Virus record (IMG/VR): IMGVR_UViG_3300020148_000038
Direction: 5' to 3' (one strand)
Source of the DNA: an uncultured virus (IMG/VR IMGVR_UViG_3300020148_000038)
Lineage: Duplodnaviria > Heunggongvirae > Uroviricota > Caudoviricetes
DNA length: 64,000 nucleotides
The position numbers and the translations under genes were made by a program. The stretch's first letter is position 1; every line of letters starts with the position of its first letter. A model generated the notes under the pieces. That model made no database searches. It was given only the letters and a program-made list of their open reading frames with translations, and was not told the origin of the DNA. Shown piece after piece: positions 38,093-47,139 of this stretch.

Positions 38093-38710
38093 GTGGCATC
38101 GTCTATCTCTGTAAGGATGAATGAGTTAGAAGAACTTATCGATTTCAAATCAGAAGAGCCTAGACATTTGAAGGCGTCTCTCCAACAGATTAAAAGTATG
38201 GAGATGCCATACTCTATTGTTCCGACAGATGTTTTCCTCTTATGCGCGGTCGGTGTATTGATGGACTGTCAAGGGCAGGTTATTTTTGGCGGCGAGGCAT
38301 ATGATTATTTTGTTCTCGAAGACATCGCTAATAAAGAAATATTCGACAAGAGTCTTGAATATCAAGATGTCTTTCGTAAAGTTGGGCAGATTGAGTTCAT
38401 GTCATATGCAACGGCAAACCCCTCAAGCCAATTGCTTAAAATGGTATCAAGAAAGTTCTCCGATATTAAACAGCTTGGTTTCGGCTCTATAAGGACTTTT
38501 GATTTCAGTAACTCTATTGCCAAGGTCGCAGTGGACGCTAATTTCATCATGGGGTGGGAGGGCATCTTCAACGAGTACAAGGGTTTTCAAAAGGTTGGTG
38601 ATTACCTTAAAGCTGGAGTTTTCAACCCAAGCATCATTGTTGACTCAATCAAAAATGATGTCGCGCCTGATATTGTGATGAGCTTCTATCAAAAGGAGTA
38701 CGTCCTATGA
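38093..38710 (+). CDS. C-terminal GIDxD-family protein (divergent)
   Basis: YLKAGVFNPSIIVDSIKNDVAPDIVMSF. Confidence 0.75.
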   Translation: MASSISVRMNELEELIDFKSEEPRHLKASLQQIKSMEMPYSIVPTDVFLLCAVGVLMDCQGQVIFGGEAYDYFVLEDIANKEIFDKSLEYQDVFRKVGQIEFMSYATANPSSQLLKMVSRKFSDIKQLGFGSIRTFDFSNSIAKVAVDANFIMGWEGIFNEYKGFQKVGDYLKAGVFNPSIIVDSIKNDVAPDIVMSFYQKEYVL

Positions 38711-39261
38711 GCAAAGATATGAACTCCGACGAATTCTGGAGCGGCGTCTACAATTTGGTTTCGGATTTGGATAGAACCAAAAGTTTCTCCGTGGTGCGCG
38801 ATTCTGTATTCGAGTTTGTGGTTGCTGATATGTACTATCAACATCTATCTGATAAAACCAATTTGGAGTTGCCTGGGATTGCACAGTCCATAGATAACAA
38901 AATGTATTTTCTGGGACTGGAGAACATCGAAGGCATGGTCGAATATCGCATCGGCATGATTGAGCTATGCATTCATGTCGAAAACCATCCTGGGCATCTG
39001 TTTGAAGATGTTATGGCAGAGACTTTATCGGATATCAAGGAGAATGGTTACAAGCTGTTCGATGTTTCTTCTGTGAGTGTTGGTGGAAAGATGGTTTCCT
39101 TGGAACAGGATTTTGTTTCGGGATGGATTGATATCATGCTATCACCCAACGCAAGTTTGGCTTCTCAATTCGTTTCACATTTGGTTCTAGACCCGTCCGA
39201 TGTCTCTTTTGCCATCAAAAACAATATCGATTTCGATGTTCTCAAAGGGGTGATTGGTTAG
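38707..39261 (+). CDS. C-terminal GIDxD-family protein
   Basis: Ends AIKNNIDFDVLKGVIG; ATGA overlap with upstream gene. Confidence 0.8.
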   Translation: MSKDMNSDEFWSGVYNLVSDLDRTKSFSVVRDSVFEFVVADMYYQHLSDKTNLELPGIAQSIDNKMYFLGLENIEGMVEYRIGMIELCIHVENHPGHLFEDVMAETLSDIKENGYKLFDVSSVSVGGKMVSLEQDFVSGWIDIMLSPNASLASQFVSHLVLDPSDVSFAIKNNIDFDVLKGVIG

Positions 39262-39293
39262 ATGAATCAGTCATTTTGTGTTAGGATGAAGCT

Positions 39294-39503
39294 GTGTCTG
39301 GTGGAATGATTCAAACAAAAAGAAAAGACGGAACTTGGCAGGACGCATTTGTGGTTGGCTCTTATCGTTCACTTCAGTCTGCACGTAATGTGTCCGCTAA
39401 AAATCATTGTCATGCTCGCATCGTGAGCAAGAGCGGGCAGGTTATCTATTCGACTGAGCAAGATGAATTTCTTGACGATTTGCGTAAAGCTATGAAGCAT
39501 TAA
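39294..39503 (+). CDS. Small hypothetical protein
   Basis: TAGGAT 6 nt before GTG. Confidence 0.6.
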   Translation: MSGGMIQTKRKDGTWQDAFVVGSYRSLQSARNVSAKNHCHARIVSKSGQVIYSTEQDEFLDDLRKAMKH

Positions 39504-39589
39504 CTATCCACTGGATGTATGACTTTTTAAGCTGAATCCGTTGTCATAGGAGGATGGTTAAATATAGATATCAGAAATGGAGTTCTTTG

Positions 39590-40363
39590 ATGTCTAATCC
39601 AAACCTTATCCCTACCCCGATAGTAGACAAAAACGGCAAGCAGACAACCGTTCATAAGCGTCCTGATGTCGTATCAGATACGAATGTGAAGCGTGTTGCT
39701 AGCGTTCAGGCATCACCCGTGTTGCCGTCATCTTCTCTCTATGTTGCGCCGTCCGCTCGTGACGAGAACAATGGAGAGATAGAAGACCTTGTTGATGAGG
39801 CTGAGGCTTCAGGTCTTCTCCATAGATCAAAGGCGATGAACGGTGACAGAAGGTACGAAACCGGTCAATTGTACGTTGGACGCAAACAAAACGGAGAAAG
39901 GGTTTGGGTTTCCCTTTCGCTTGAGCACTCCAACAAGCCGAAAACTCTCACTGACGGCTCCGAAGTTGATGAAACCTGGGAACTATCCATGACCGGAGTT
40001 GTCAAGGATAGGTACACCACTCTTGGCGCGGGTCAGATGATTTATGAAGTTCTTGATGTTGTTAGCGACAGCAAGATGAGCGGTGAAGACCTAAATCAAT
40101 TGCACTGGGTGTGGATAAATCACCATCTCAATGGATTGATTCCGGGAACCGAAAAGCAGATGGAGCGCAGAAACGAACTTGCAAGTCAAGGTGTTGACGT
40201 TAGCGCGAGTAATTACGGCGAATATTCTAAGATGATCGATGATGATAACGGTTACAAGTACGGATCTTCTTGGCTGATTCGTGATGTTCCTTCTAAGGAT
40301 ATTGCGAGCGTACTGGAGATTCTTGGTAAAGCTGACCGTTCTAAAACACTAAGGAACTACTAA
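39590..40363 (+). CDS. DKNG-leader protein, unknown cargo
   Basis: MSNPNLIPTPIVDKNGKQTTVHKRP; HHLNG..GT..Q and GYKYGSSW motifs; GTCA-N11-TTAAAT (imperfect) at 39543-39563. Confidence 0.85.
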   Translation: MSNPNLIPTPIVDKNGKQTTVHKRPDVVSDTNVKRVASVQASPVLPSSSLYVAPSARDENNGEIEDLVDEAEASGLLHRSKAMNGDRRYETGQLYVGRKQNGERVWVSLSLEHSNKPKTLTDGSEVDETWELSMTGVVKDRYTTLGAGQMIYEVLDVVSDSKMSGEDLNQLHWVWINHHLNGLIPGTEKQMERRNELASQGVDVSASNYGEYSKMIDDDNGYKYGSSWLIRDVPSKDIASVLEILGKADRSKTLRNY

Positions 40364-40364
40364 A

Positions 40365-41087
40365 GTGAATAGCATTCTACGTCCCGAGGTACGAACCGAC
40401 AAAAACGGCAAGAACGTCACCCGTCATGTTGCTGTTGGCGGCACTCCTATTGCTAACAATAGGGTGGCTGGCGCGCCCCCTGCACAGGCATCTCCTTCGC
40501 ATGTTGTGTTCTCTGCAAGCGCATTCGAGATCGTTCAGAGAACCATCCGCCCGGAAGACTTGCAAGAAGCTCGCGACCGCGTAAGAGTTGACCTTGGTAA
40601 TAAATCGGAATACGGTTGGTCAAAGCTTATGGGTTCTAATAAGAATATGACTCAGAACAATATCAGGGAATGGCATGAAAAATTGGATGCCGTTATCAAT
40701 GGTGATGTTGAGCTTCAGGCTAGGATATTCGATGAGGCAGAAACAATTGCTGCTGGCAAGGCTTATGGGCGTGCCTATGAGATGAAGGTTCCAACAGAAC
40801 TCGATGAGTTCCTTGACAAAGCATGGGCTGGCGAGATTAATGGATTCAGTCGTGAGAAGGTGACAGAAAACTACAACCGTCATCTAGAACTCAAGGACAA
40901 GCTTTCTAAGGGAGAAATATCGCCCGCTAAGATTATTGGTAGTGGATACAAGAATCCAAAGAGAATTGCTATGGAATGGCTCGATTCTCAAATAAAAGAA
41001 GAAGCCAGAGCTTTGGAAACTAAAGGAAGAAACCTTTCCGTTAACATCTCCAATGCCAAGGCGTATAAGAAATCACTCGACGCTTGA
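40365..41087 (+). CDS. DKNG-leader protein, helical cargo
   Basis: MNSILRPEVRTDKNGKNVTRHV; directly follows the 39590 gene. Confidence 0.85.
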   Translation: MNSILRPEVRTDKNGKNVTRHVAVGGTPIANNRVAGAPPAQASPSHVVFSASAFEIVQRTIRPEDLQEARDRVRVDLGNKSEYGWSKLMGSNKNMTQNNIREWHEKLDAVINGDVELQARIFDEAETIAAGKAYGRAYEMKVPTELDEFLDKAWAGEINGFSREKVTENYNRHLELKDKLSKGEISPAKIIGSGYKNPKRIAMEWLDSQIKEEARALETKGRNLSVNISNAKAYKKSLDA

Positions 41088-41234
41088 TTTGGTTTTGTTT
41101 GCTTCGCGGATGAGTTTCCTGGTCTTCTCGTAGAGTGAAAAGGAAATCTTTCTACTCCATAAGTCGTCTTCTAATTGAGCCAATGTGGGAAGCTCTTCGT
41201 ATCCCAAAATTCTTGATTCGCTGGATTCACTCAT
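41073..41234 (-). CDS. Small hypothetical protein (53 aa)
   Basis: MSESSESRILGYEELPTLAQLEDDLW..; TATCAT 6 nt before ATG; below ORF-track cutoff. Confidence 0.5.
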   Translation of the reverse strand: MSESSESRILGYEELPTLAQLEDDLWSRKISFSLYEKTRKLIREANKTKSSVE

Positions 41235-41291
41235 GGCGAGATGATATCACTTTTGTCTCATAACATCTTCTGTTTGTCTTAGTATTTGTGT

Positions 41292-41385
41292 ATGAGTCAT
41301 TTGACACCTGCCTGCCAACGATATTCTTAAAAGAATAGAAGACTGGTTAGACCCAGACGTAATGAAAACATTCGCAAATCGATAA
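41292..41385 (+). pseudogene. Frameshifted micro-ORF or collapsed gene remnant
   Basis: ATCT-N11-TAGTAT-6-ATG; MSHLTP then a CCTG duplication; the shifted frame reads PANDILKRIEDWLDPDVMKTFANR-stop. Confidence 0.35.
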
Positions 41386-41406
41386 CAGATCATGTCTCAT
41401 GGGTGT

Positions 41407-41427
41407 GTCTTATGTTTGCTCTAATCT
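41407..41427 (+). promoter_or_regulatory. GTC-class promoter (GTCT-N11-TAATCT), leaderless
   Basis: 6 nt before ATG 41434. Confidence 0.65.
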
Positions 41428-41433
41428 ATAGAT

Positions 41434-42237
41434 ATGACAAACAACAGGGTTCCCAAGAAAATAGTTGATAAGAACGGTAAACACACAACCGTCTATGTGA
41501 GCATTAATAAGGATGGCGATCTTTCCATGCGTAGACTTGATGGGCTGCTCGCAAACGCTATGAGCAAGTTCAAAGATAACCCGACTTCCGATGAACTAAC
41601 AGCAAGCACATTTGATAATAGACCTTGGATTACCGCTGATGGAGACAGAGTATCCACTGTTCCTCCTGGGTCGGAAAACAACCCATTCTATACTTTCGCA
41701 CCTCACGATGCATTCAATGTGAGCAGCCAAGAAATCTACCCCGACGAAGAAGTGTATTTCTACAACCCATACAGTAAGGAAATGCAGCTTGGGAATTGGG
41801 TTGAAGCCGATTATGAAGGAATAGATCGCGCCCCCAACGGAAGCAAAATCAAGATCGGCAATTCTTCAATGTCTAAAGCCTTCACCAAATCCAGTGATGA
41901 CGAGTGGACATATATCAGTCCTGTCGGTGACATTCAAAAGGTTCCTTCTTTTTGGTTCAAGAAGAAAATCAATGAAGGCTTCGCTGTTAAGCTTGCTTCC
42001 GCTCACAATGAGCGCACCCTTGTCAACGAATTCGAGTTCGATGGCGTGGGTATTAAACATTACTTCGTCAACAACGATGTCGTAAGGGTAGAAGCTGTCT
42101 TACCTGGCGAGCAGCACGGTATAGCTGCGCATTGGAAGGTGGATGGAAATAGTGAAGTTCTTGATGGTTACAAGGGGACTTTGGCCGATGTTTCTATACG
42201 TCTGGCGCAATACGCTATCGACGGAACAGAATACTAA
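41434..42237 (+). CDS. DKNG-leader protein, unknown cargo
   Basis: MTNNRVPKKIVDKNGKHTTVYVS. Confidence 0.85.
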   Translation: MTNNRVPKKIVDKNGKHTTVYVSINKDGDLSMRRLDGLLANAMSKFKDNPTSDELTASTFDNRPWITADGDRVSTVPPGSENNPFYTFAPHDAFNVSSQEIYPDEEVYFYNPYSKEMQLGNWVEADYEGIDRAPNGSKIKIGNSSMSKAFTKSSDDEWTYISPVGDIQKVPSFWFKKKINEGFAVKLASAHNERTLVNEFEFDGVGIKHYFVNNDVVRVEAVLPGEQHGIAAHWKVDGNSEVLDGYKGTLADVSIRLAQYAIDGTEY

Positions 42238-42396
42238 TTATCAGGATTTTCTGATACGGTAGACATATCAGAAATTTCAGATATCTTCTCCTGCCTGCCT
42301 TAATGTTCCTGGGAATTAGATGTGCATTATCTGAACCCGCGCTTGCCCTTTCTTGAGAAAGGTAATGTCATACTAGGTTTATTAGCAGGAGGAAAT

Positions 42397-42723
42397 ATGT
42401 CAAACCTTAAAGAGAAATCGGTTATGTTCGTCAAGCCTTATGTGAATAAAGGACTGGACAGAAGTCGCTCGATACAGATACCGTTCAAAGCGCACACAAG
42501 CACCAATGCCAAGGTCGGAATATTAGCATCTCTAGCCATCTCTACGGTAGCCTTGTTGGGAGTTACCGCCTTGATCGGTCATGGGATCGCAAAGCGTCTC
42601 AATCCCGAATACGGAAGCATGGTGGATACCAAAATCAGGCGTCTTTCAAAACAGACGAAAGATAAACTTGATGAAGCTTCCAAGGATTCAGAGGACATTG
42701 CCGAAAAGGGCAAGAAAAGGTAG
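42397..42723 (+). CDS. Single-TM membrane protein
   Basis: AGGAGG RBS; one hydrophobic helix and charged tail. Confidence 0.7.
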   Translation: MSNLKEKSVMFVKPYVNKGLDRSRSIQIPFKAHTSTNAKVGILASLAISTVALLGVTALIGHGIAKRLNPEYGSMVDTKIRRLSKQTKDKLDEASKDSEDIAEKGKKR

Positions 42724-42793
42724 CCCAGGTTTCAGACAAGCCGAAAAAGGATGCTAGCTAATCCGCATCATCATTCTTGTAAATGAACGGATG

Positions 42794-43807
42794 TTACCTC
42801 TTGACTACGGCGAACTCTACATTTCTTAGGGACTCCAAGGTGTTCCCTCCAGCGTAGGATACCGAGCTTTGCAAGTTCTCCTTGATGGTATTCAGCGTGT
42901 CATCCAAAGCGCCCTTGTGTGGGATAAGCTCACGCTTTCCTTCTACGTGCTTGCTTTCGCCCTTCTGGAACTCTGACGCGCTGCCGAAGAACTCTTTGTA
43001 ATTCTCGCCGTCAACATTCACGAACTCGCCGGGGCTTTCGTCATGGGCTGCGAACATTCCACCGATCATCACCATATTCGCGCCGAAGGCGAGGCTCTTG
43101 GCTATGTCTCCGTAGTTCCTAATTCCACCATCTGCGATGATTTCTACATCGGAATCCGCCAGTGCCTCAGCGATGTAGAAAACGGACGATAGCTGCCATC
43201 CTCGACTTCCGAAGCCGGTGTTAGGGGCTGTCAAACAGACGCTACCCGGTCCAACGCCCACCTTAACAGCATCGACGCCAGCCTCTTCTAGTCTCATTGC
43301 TCCGTCTACAGTAGCAACATTTCCACCGATGACGTAAGTCTCGGGAAGGTTCTCCTTGATGTACCTCACCATCTTGAAGACTTCCTGGCTGTCACCGTGC
43401 GCGACATCCACCGTGATGTATTCTGGCTCCACGCCTTCCTCTACGAACCTGTTGACCGTGTGGTAGTCAGCAAGCTTGATTCCCAGTGATACCGAAGCGA
43501 AAAGACCTTTCTCCTGCATCCTCTTCGTGAACTCCACAGCGTCTACATCGAATCTGTGCATGACATAGAACAGGTTGCGTGAGGCGAGGAACATACAGGT
43601 TCTCTCATCAACAATGGTTGACATGTTTGCGGGGATGATTGGAAGGTCGAATACTCTACCTCCGAGGCTCATCGATACATCGACTTCCGATCTGCTTTTG
43701 ACGATACATTCGCGGGGGATGAGGATTACGTCGTCGTAATCGAAGAACGCCGGATCGCAAAGTTCGGATCTTTCGTAGAGTCTAGGAAAAGATGAGCTGT
43801 TTGACAT
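42794..43807 (-). CDS. guaC: GMP reductase (short, CBS-less type)
   Basis: FDYDDVILIP..SRSEVD, PANM, YVMHRFD, VAHG, KVGVGPGSVC, IIADGGIR, FGSASEFQKGE..VEGK, LQSSVSYAGG. Confidence 0.92.
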   Translation of the reverse strand: MSNSSSFPRLYERSELCDPAFFDYDDVILIPRECIVKSRSEVDVSMSLGGRVFDLPIIPANMSTIVDERTCMFLASRNLFYVMHRFDVDAVEFTKRMQEKGLFASVSLGIKLADYHTVNRFVEEGVEPEYITVDVAHGDSQEVFKMVRYIKENLPETYVIGGNVATVDGAMRLEEAGVDAVKVGVGPGSVCLTAPNTGFGSRGWQLSSVFYIAEALADSDVEIIADGGIRNYGDIAKSLAFGANMVMIGGMFAAHDESPGEFVNVDGENYKEFFGSASEFQKGESKHVEGKRELIPHKGALDDTLNTIKENLQSSVSYAGGNTLESLRNVEFAVVKR

Positions 43808-43882
43808 TGAGTTATATCTTTCTTTGTATAGCGGCTGGATAGCCCGAGAGAGTATAACAACATTTGGCTCATAAATGGAAGG

Positions 43883-44476
43883 TTATTCTTCCGATTCTTC
43901 TTTCTCTTTTACAACAGCACATTCAATCTTTCGTCCGGTTAACAAAGCGGCCGATACTCTATGGTTTCCGTCCACGATGATGTATTCCTGATTCTTGGTG
44001 AGAAGGATGCGCGGTTCGATTTCCCAACTGAACCCAAAAGGGTCGGAAGGCTTTTTGATGTAATGAGCTATAGCATCTAATCTGATAGATGCCTGTATGG
44101 ATACGAAGTTGTCTTGTGATGGGTCTAGCTCCATATATCTTGGGTTATGGTCTTTCTGCACTTGATATATTTGCGGGTGCAGCTTTCTGGCATCTTCGAA
44201 CTTCATGTAATTTAGTCCGATGTCTTGTGGATGAATAATCAAGTCATTAGCTTCGAGGGCTTCTTTGGCATCTATCCCGATGATAGGGATTTCTCCTTTA
44301 GGTATGTTGTTCAGTCTTATATTCATCTCTTCATTTGTTACAAGAGGATACTTGTCTTTCTTAGGCTTGATGCTAGAGACGCGGCTAACCGATTTCGTAC
44401 TGGAGGCTTCTAAGTTTTTCCATACACGAGTGAGCTTGCCGTTCTTATCAATGATTTCGGTAAGTCTTTTCTCCAT
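43883..44476 (-). CDS. DKNG-leader protein with ParB/Srx-like domain
   Basis: MEKRLTEIIDKNGKLTRVWKN; SIQ..HYI..IVDGNHRVSAALL. Confidence 0.8.
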   Translation of the reverse strand: MEKRLTEIIDKNGKLTRVWKNLEASSTKSVSRVSSIKPKKDKYPLVTNEEMNIRLNNIPKGEIPIIGIDAKEALEANDLIIHPQDIGLNYMKFEDARKLHPQIYQVQKDHNPRYMELDPSQDNFVSIQASIRLDAIAHYIKKPSDPFGFSWEIEPRILLTKNQEYIIVDGNHRVSAALLTGRKIECAVVKEKEESEE

Positions 44477-44482
44477 GTGTTC

Positions 44483-44503
44483 ATATTATAGGTGGTGTAG
44501 GAC
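44483..44503 (-). promoter_or_regulatory. GTC-class promoter (GTCC-N11-TAATAT), leaderless
   Basis: 6 nt before ATG 44476. Confidence 0.65.
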
Positions 44504-44590
44504 ACGAATCTTTCCCAAACGTGTATTCGATTTAGGTGGTTTAATTTATCGAAGACTTGTTCCCATCTTTTATGATGCAATCTTGTAAGG

Positions 44591-44611
44591 GTCAGCGGGA
44601 GAATATATGAT
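44591..44611 (+). promoter_or_regulatory. GTC-class promoter (GTCA-N11-TATGAT), leaderless
   Basis: 6 nt before GTG 44618. Confidence 0.65.
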
Positions 44612-44617
44612 TATGGA

Positions 44618-45442
44618 GTGGAACAGCTTGTTAAAACCCCTATTATCGACAAGAACGGGAAACAGACCCATGTTTGGAAGAAGACAGACCTTTCTTCTGG
44701 TGTACAGAGATCTATTCCTGATGTCTCCGTGAAGTCTTCCTTAGAGGAAGACTTAGATGCAAAACTTGCCAAGCATTTCGACATCATCTCTTTTAACGGT
44801 CGTGAGTTCGGGGTTGCTCCTGAAGGGTTCTCTGGTGCGTACTGCCTAACGTGCTTTTCTCCTTTTAGAAAAGAAGAACTCAATGATGAAGTTTTCACCT
44901 GTAATACCTGTCACACAAAGACCTTTTCTGATTTGACGGGAACTGTTATCAGGCACGATGCTCTGAAATTTCTTGACGACCAAGAAGTTCTAAATAGCTC
45001 CTGGTTCCACATCACTACTAAATCAGATTGGTTGACCGAGGTCACTTCTGTTGAGAAGACGCCACTGATTCATCTTGGTACTGAAGAGGCTGCTTATGAC
45101 AGGCTGGAACAACTCAAGAAAAACGCTTCTTCTCCAAAATCCAAGACTTCTCAAACAAAAGACTTCTATCTATATGAAGTTCGTCTCTTACCTCATGCCT
45201 CGATGTCCAACCAATTGGTAGAGGATAACAATGAATTAGCCCCGGAACATGTAGGCGAAATCAATCAATATGCGATGAACTTTAGTAGATCTTTCCAAGA
45301 ACAGATGCTTCGAGATTACGATCTATATGGGACAACTAGGTATTTGAATTCGTATGAAGCGATTGGCTCCATCAGCTTGCTGACTAACCCTATGCATCTG
45401 GAACTTGTGAACGTGATACCCCATGTTGTGTGGTTGCCTTAA
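44618..45442 (+). CDS. DKNG-leader protein, Zn ribbon plus ART-PolyVal-like domain
   Basis: VKTPIIDKNGKQTHVWKK; CLTC..CNTC; WFHIT..HLGT..YLYEV..RYLNSYEAIGSIS. Confidence 0.75.
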   Translation: MEQLVKTPIIDKNGKQTHVWKKTDLSSGVQRSIPDVSVKSSLEEDLDAKLAKHFDIISFNGREFGVAPEGFSGAYCLTCFSPFRKEELNDEVFTCNTCHTKTFSDLTGTVIRHDALKFLDDQEVLNSSWFHITTKSDWLTEVTSVEKTPLIHLGTEEAAYDRLEQLKKNASSPKSKTSQTKDFYLYEVRLLPHASMSNQLVEDNNELAPEHVGEINQYAMNFSRSFQEQMLRDYDLYGTTRYLNSYEAIGSISLLTNPMHLELVNVIPHVVWLP

Positions 45443-45478
45443 TAGATGCTAGAATCTCTTCCAAGGAGAGCTTCTGTT

Positions 45479-45970
45479 ATGGGCAAGTATATTATTATCG
45501 ACATCGATGGTGTGTTGAATCCTTTCTATGCCCGGTACTCACAACTAGAGGGATTTACTGAATACAGCGCGCAGAAGTATTCGGCGTTCTTGAATAAAGA
45601 GTTGATAACTTCTTGGTTCAAAAAGTTCAAGGATGCTGATGTCAATCTTGTTTGGGGTAGCGCCTGGTTTCAAGAATCCAACCTTATTCTTGAAATGCTC
45701 GACATGGATGAGAAGTGGGAGTGCATCAAGATATCCACAGAAGACGTAGGCTTGGGAACTTGGAAGATTAAGTCTATTCGTGGGTGGGTAGAAGACAATA
45801 CATCTCCTAACGACCTTCTTGTTTGGATTGATGACGAGCTAGAAGAAGATGCTTTCTTATGGGCTGCCGAAAGAGGCAACATGCTTGCTATCAAACCTGC
45901 CAAGGAATCCGGTTTGGGTGAAACAGACTTTCAGGAAATCTGGGATTTCCTAGAGAGTCGTTCTGAGTGA
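45479..45970 (+). CDS. HAD-superfamily phosphatase (SAK-HAD type)
   Basis: IIDIDGVLN, WGSAW, WK, VWIDD, GL; AAGGAG RBS. Confidence 0.85.
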   Translation: MGKYIIIDIDGVLNPFYARYSQLEGFTEYSAQKYSAFLNKELITSWFKKFKDADVNLVWGSAWFQESNLILEMLDMDEKWECIKISTEDVGLGTWKIKSIRGWVEDNTSPNDLLVWIDDELEEDAFLWAAERGNMLAIKPAKESGLGETDFQEIWDFLESRSE

Positions 45971-45971
45971 T

Positions 45972-46934
45972 TTAGAGCAACTGGTAAACTTTACTGAACA
46001 CTTCGTTTCGCAGTCTTACAAAATCACCTTCATTGTATCTGTGCAATACGTTTGAGGTATAGAACTCCAAGTTGCCTTCTGCCGATTCTTCACATTCAAC
46101 TTTGTCGTTGAACAGAATTGCGAAATGTTCGTCATCCCACGAGATGTCGAAACGTGGATCTACGTCCTTAATGGTAGAGGCGAGCTTTTCAATAAACTCT
46201 TCGTCCTCTGGAGCTAGAAACTCGTCGTCGGATAGTGAAAGCTGAATATTAACGTTTTGACTATCAGATTCGCGGTGGAGAGTTACAGTGTCCATCTCAT
46301 GACCATCTCTAAACATTCCGGAGTCGAGACTGTACGTATAAAGGAGGGAATCTCTACCTAGCGAGATAGCGAAATTGTTTGTTTCTCCATCGTTAACGGG
46401 AGACTCGATGATATCCACATAGCCGCTGGTCATAACATATGAATCCATCGGGTTAGCAGCTTTGTTGTGCTCCCCTAATACAAATGCTAGGTGACTGACT
46501 TCGGACTGATCGACGCGGATTGTCGCAACGCCCTTTTCTTGGATGACAAAACTCTCTCCGTCCCAACCGGCACTCAACTTGTCGGTGAATTGCTCTACTG
46601 TGTTGGTGCCAGGAAGTCCCCACTCGGTAGGATATTCAGTAAGTTTAAACGCGAGGGCGCGGGCCTCCCCAACATTAAGGATGACATCTTGAGGGAGGAC
46701 GTTTCCTTCTTTGTCTCTGGTTGACAACAGAACTGCCCTTCCATCACTACCGATAGTGATGCCGTTGAAGTTTGATTCTCCTGCACCGGTCCCGATGGGA
46801 ACAAACATAGACTGAATGTTTCCTAAACGGTCAGTGCTTTTAGCCGATCCGGGAACTTCGATACTTTTCCAAACTCGGGTGAATTTCCCGTTCTTGTCAA
46901 CGATGTTAGTGAGAACCTTTGGGTTGTGTGTCAT
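45972..46934 (-). CDS. DKNG-leader protein, unknown cargo
   Basis: MTHNPKVLTNIVDKNGKFTRVWKS; GTCT-N11-TAAAGT at 46981-46961. Confidence 0.85.
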   Translation of the reverse strand: MTHNPKVLTNIVDKNGKFTRVWKSIEVPGSAKSTDRLGNIQSMFVPIGTGAGESNFNGITIGSDGRAVLLSTRDKEGNVLPQDVILNVGEARALAFKLTEYPTEWGLPGTNTVEQFTDKLSAGWDGESFVIQEKGVATIRVDQSEVSHLAFVLGEHNKAANPMDSYVMTSGYVDIIESPVNDGETNNFAISLGRDSLLYTYSLDSGMFRDGHEMDTVTLHRESDSQNVNIQLSLSDDEFLAPEDEEFIEKLASTIKDVDPRFDISWDDEHFAILFNDKVECEESAEGNLEFYTSNVLHRYNEGDFVRLRNEVFSKVYQLL

Positions 46935-47139
46935 GGGATTATGTCTCCTTCAATACCTCAACTTTACCAATGTCCGCAGACATCTGCTTGCGATGATAGA
47001 ATTGCCTTATGAATAAAAATGAAGATGTTCACGACGAAACTGATTGCGAGATATGCAACAGCGATTGGTATAAGAACATCGACTATAGCAAGCTTCGCCC
47101 TTTGACCGATGCAGACCGTGAGATGCTTCTGAAAGCTAT

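Noticed and set aside
42794..43807. IMP dehydrogenase (guaB)
   Set aside because: Short, no CBS domains; PANM, YVMHRFD and FGSASEFQKG..VEGK match GMP reductase
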